Virus record (IMG/VR): IMGVR_UViG_3300046170_000536
Reading direction: 5' to 3' (one strand)
DNA length: 20,000 nucleotides
Source: an uncultured virus (IMG/VR IMGVR_UViG_3300046170_000536)
Lineage: Duplodnaviria > Heunggongvirae > Uroviricota > Caudoviricetes
A program made the translations under genes and the position numbers. Below the pieces are notes generated by a model. The model was not told the origin of the DNA, ran no database searches, and saw nothing but the letters and a program-made list of their open reading frames with translations. Of this stretch, positions 18,317 to 20,000 are shown piece after piece (within the stretch, counting starts at the first letter, position 1; the number at the start of each line of letters is the position of its first letter).

Positions 18317-19334
18317 ATGTCGCTGGTGGAAAGGGGCTACGTGGTACTGGACACGTGGTGTAGCCGCTCTGAGCAGGCCCTTACAGATGCGCGCAAGGAG
18401 TTCATGGAGACAGGTGACCTCTTTCCCAGAGTTTTCTGTGCACGCGCCGGGGCAGGAGTACGTCATGGGAGGGCTTTGCGGCGCTGGGAAACCCAGCATC
18501 GTTCCACAACATGTTTCGTGCGCCGCATGCGCCAGTGGTGCATGGCGGAGGTGATAGACAGCGGCGTGCTTGCGCCGTACCTGAGGGAAAGGCTTCAAGC
18601 TGGAGCAGATTGTCGACCGTATGATGCTGAGGCGTAAGGGGACGTCTGTGACGGCCGAGAGCTGGCACAGGGACGAAGCGGCACTCGCGGTGGCGGGGGA
18701 CAAGATCTTCGGCGGGTGGATCAACCTGGACGAAAAACCTCAGTACTTTTCTTGCATAAGCGGAACCCACAAAGAGGTTAAAGGGTACAAAGGGTTCGCG
18801 AAGGTGAGCAAGGAACAGCAGCGCAAGTACGACGCTGAGAAGACCGTTCCCGTCGAGATAAAACCCGGGCAGATCCTCGTCTTCCACGAGAACCTCTTGC
18901 ATGAGGTCCTCAAGTCGAACGACAAGCGCGAGGACCGCTGCCGCCTATTTCTTGGGTGGCGTGTGACCCGCTCGGACAGCTCGCTCATCCCAGGCATCGA
19001 CTCTATGCTGGACGAGCAAGCGGTCATACCGCTCAAGAGCAACCAGACGCCACCCATGTACGCCAAGCTTCATTGGACGAACCACACGACAAAGCTGCAG
19101 GAGTGGAGTCGGAGGATGCGTCCGCAGACGCGCGAGCTGAAGGCGATCATGAGCGGCAATAGGCAGGGTCAGACGTTCGATGTCGTGCATCGCGAGATGA
19201 GGTCCCTGCGTGCGTACGGGCTGCCGATGTATCCGACCTATACGACCCAGGAGAGGAAGATAGTGAAGCCTCGGAGGTCGTGGAGGCTCCTCGTGCCCGG
19301 CATGAAGAGAGTGTACAAGGATTACGGTTTATAA
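18317..19334 (+). CDS. PhyH-like Fe(II)/2-oxoglutarate-dependent dioxygenase (N-terminal third frameshifted)
   Basis: Reconstruction: MSLVERGYVVL...FPEF...YVMGGFAALGNPASFHN..VRRMR...LEQIVDRMMLR...ESWHRD...FGGWINLD...FSCISGTH...IKPGQILVFHENLLHEV...RCRLF. This gives an HxD...H facial triad and a distal Arg. Confidence 0.75.
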
Positions 19335-19610
19335 GACTCGAAACGGGTTCCTGGTAGATCTAAGGGCACGGGTGGACTTCCAGATGACCGAAGCACCACA
19401 AGGTGCCTGGTACCTCTGAGCTTCGGGTAATCCAAATATCCGAGCAAACCCGACCCTTCTTGGTACCGCCCATCACTTGTAATATTTGCAGAAGGGAGGC
19501 TGAACATAGGCCATCTCAGTGACTTCCTCACTGTATCGGGCCGTGCTCCCGCGTGTGGGATATGGGAGCGTACCAGGTACAGAAATATTTTTGGCGATCC
19601 ATATTACATC

Positions 19611-20000
19611 ATGCGACGACAGAAAAAAGAAAGACTGGAAGACTTCATGCACGATGCTCTGCTCAGAATACCCAGATCTGTCAGGTTTGCGAATTTCTCG
19701 GAGCCCTTTGTTCCGAGCATGGGCACCCTGAAACTCAGCATGAGGTACACAGATATCAGGTATAGCACCCCGCTCAGGTCATTTGACGACGTGTTGTGCA
19801 CCAGAGTGAAGTGGTATCCGAATCTGAAAGTGACTCCATGCAAGAAGGGCTCTGAGACGGCCAAGGTGTTCTTTGGGGGCGCCAGGAACCTGGCTGACTA
19901 TGCCCACAAGCTCCAAGATGGGAAGATATCCAGGAGGACTCACAACAAACTGTGGAGGCTCATGTCTCAGTGGCATTCCATCGACAACCACAACCGACAT
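19611..20000 (+). CDS. Hypothetical protein, 3'-truncated by the window edge (not in ORF track)
   Basis: ATG at 19611 opens 130 stop-free codons to the end (MRRQKKERLEDFMHDALLRIPRSVRFANFSEPF...DNHNRH), preceded by AT-rich AAATATTTTT. Confidence 0.55.
   Translation, partial: MRRQKKERLEDFMHDALLRIPRSVRFANFSEPFVPSMGTLKLSMRYTDIRYSTPLRSFDDVLCTRVKWYPNLKVTPCKKGSETAKVFFGGARNLADYAHKLQDGKISRRTHNKLWRLMSQWHSIDNHNRH

Noticed and set aside
19322..19602. Small minus-strand gene between the dioxygenase and the last CDS
   Set aside because: There is room for one, and a possible start (MDRQKYF) lies near 19602, but I could not rebuild a convincing frame or motif.
1..20000. tRNA, rRNA, transposase, integrase, intein or intron
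   Set aside because: No cloverleaf, rRNA-like sequence, terminal inverted repeats, catalytic motifs or splice-requiring gaps were recognised by eye.

Overview
Gene-dense, intron-free, mostly GC-rich DNA. It most resembles a giant eukaryotic dsDNA virus (Nucleocytoviricota-like) or an endogenised copy; no core hallmark gene is in the window, so this is inferred from gene content. The first 13.65 kb, shown as about 25 short + strand ORFs, reads as ONE very large, 5'-truncated gene (~4,500+ aa). It encodes a modular collagen-like surface or fibre protein with about 11 Gly-X-Y tracts rich in GVSGP/GPSGP. Between them sit LamG-like, C1q-like, F5/8C (discoidin)-like, YHYH and phage tail-fibre-type spacer domains, several apparently nested inside one another. 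Every frame switch I could trace, here and in downstream genes, is a +1 step, which points to insertion-biased long-read error rather than pseudogenisation. Downstream are a 484-aa gene with no recognisable family (-), a patatin-like phospholipase, two small genes (one a 56-aa F-box-like ORF missing from the track), an F-box plus 27-aa ankyrin-like repeat protein with a degenerate paralog, a PhyH-like Fe(II)/2-oxoglutarate dioxygenase, and a CDS running off the right edge. Short AGCT-containing palindromes mark several gene 3' ends, and AT-only palindromes precede two starts. All domain calls are by motif recognition, not database search.
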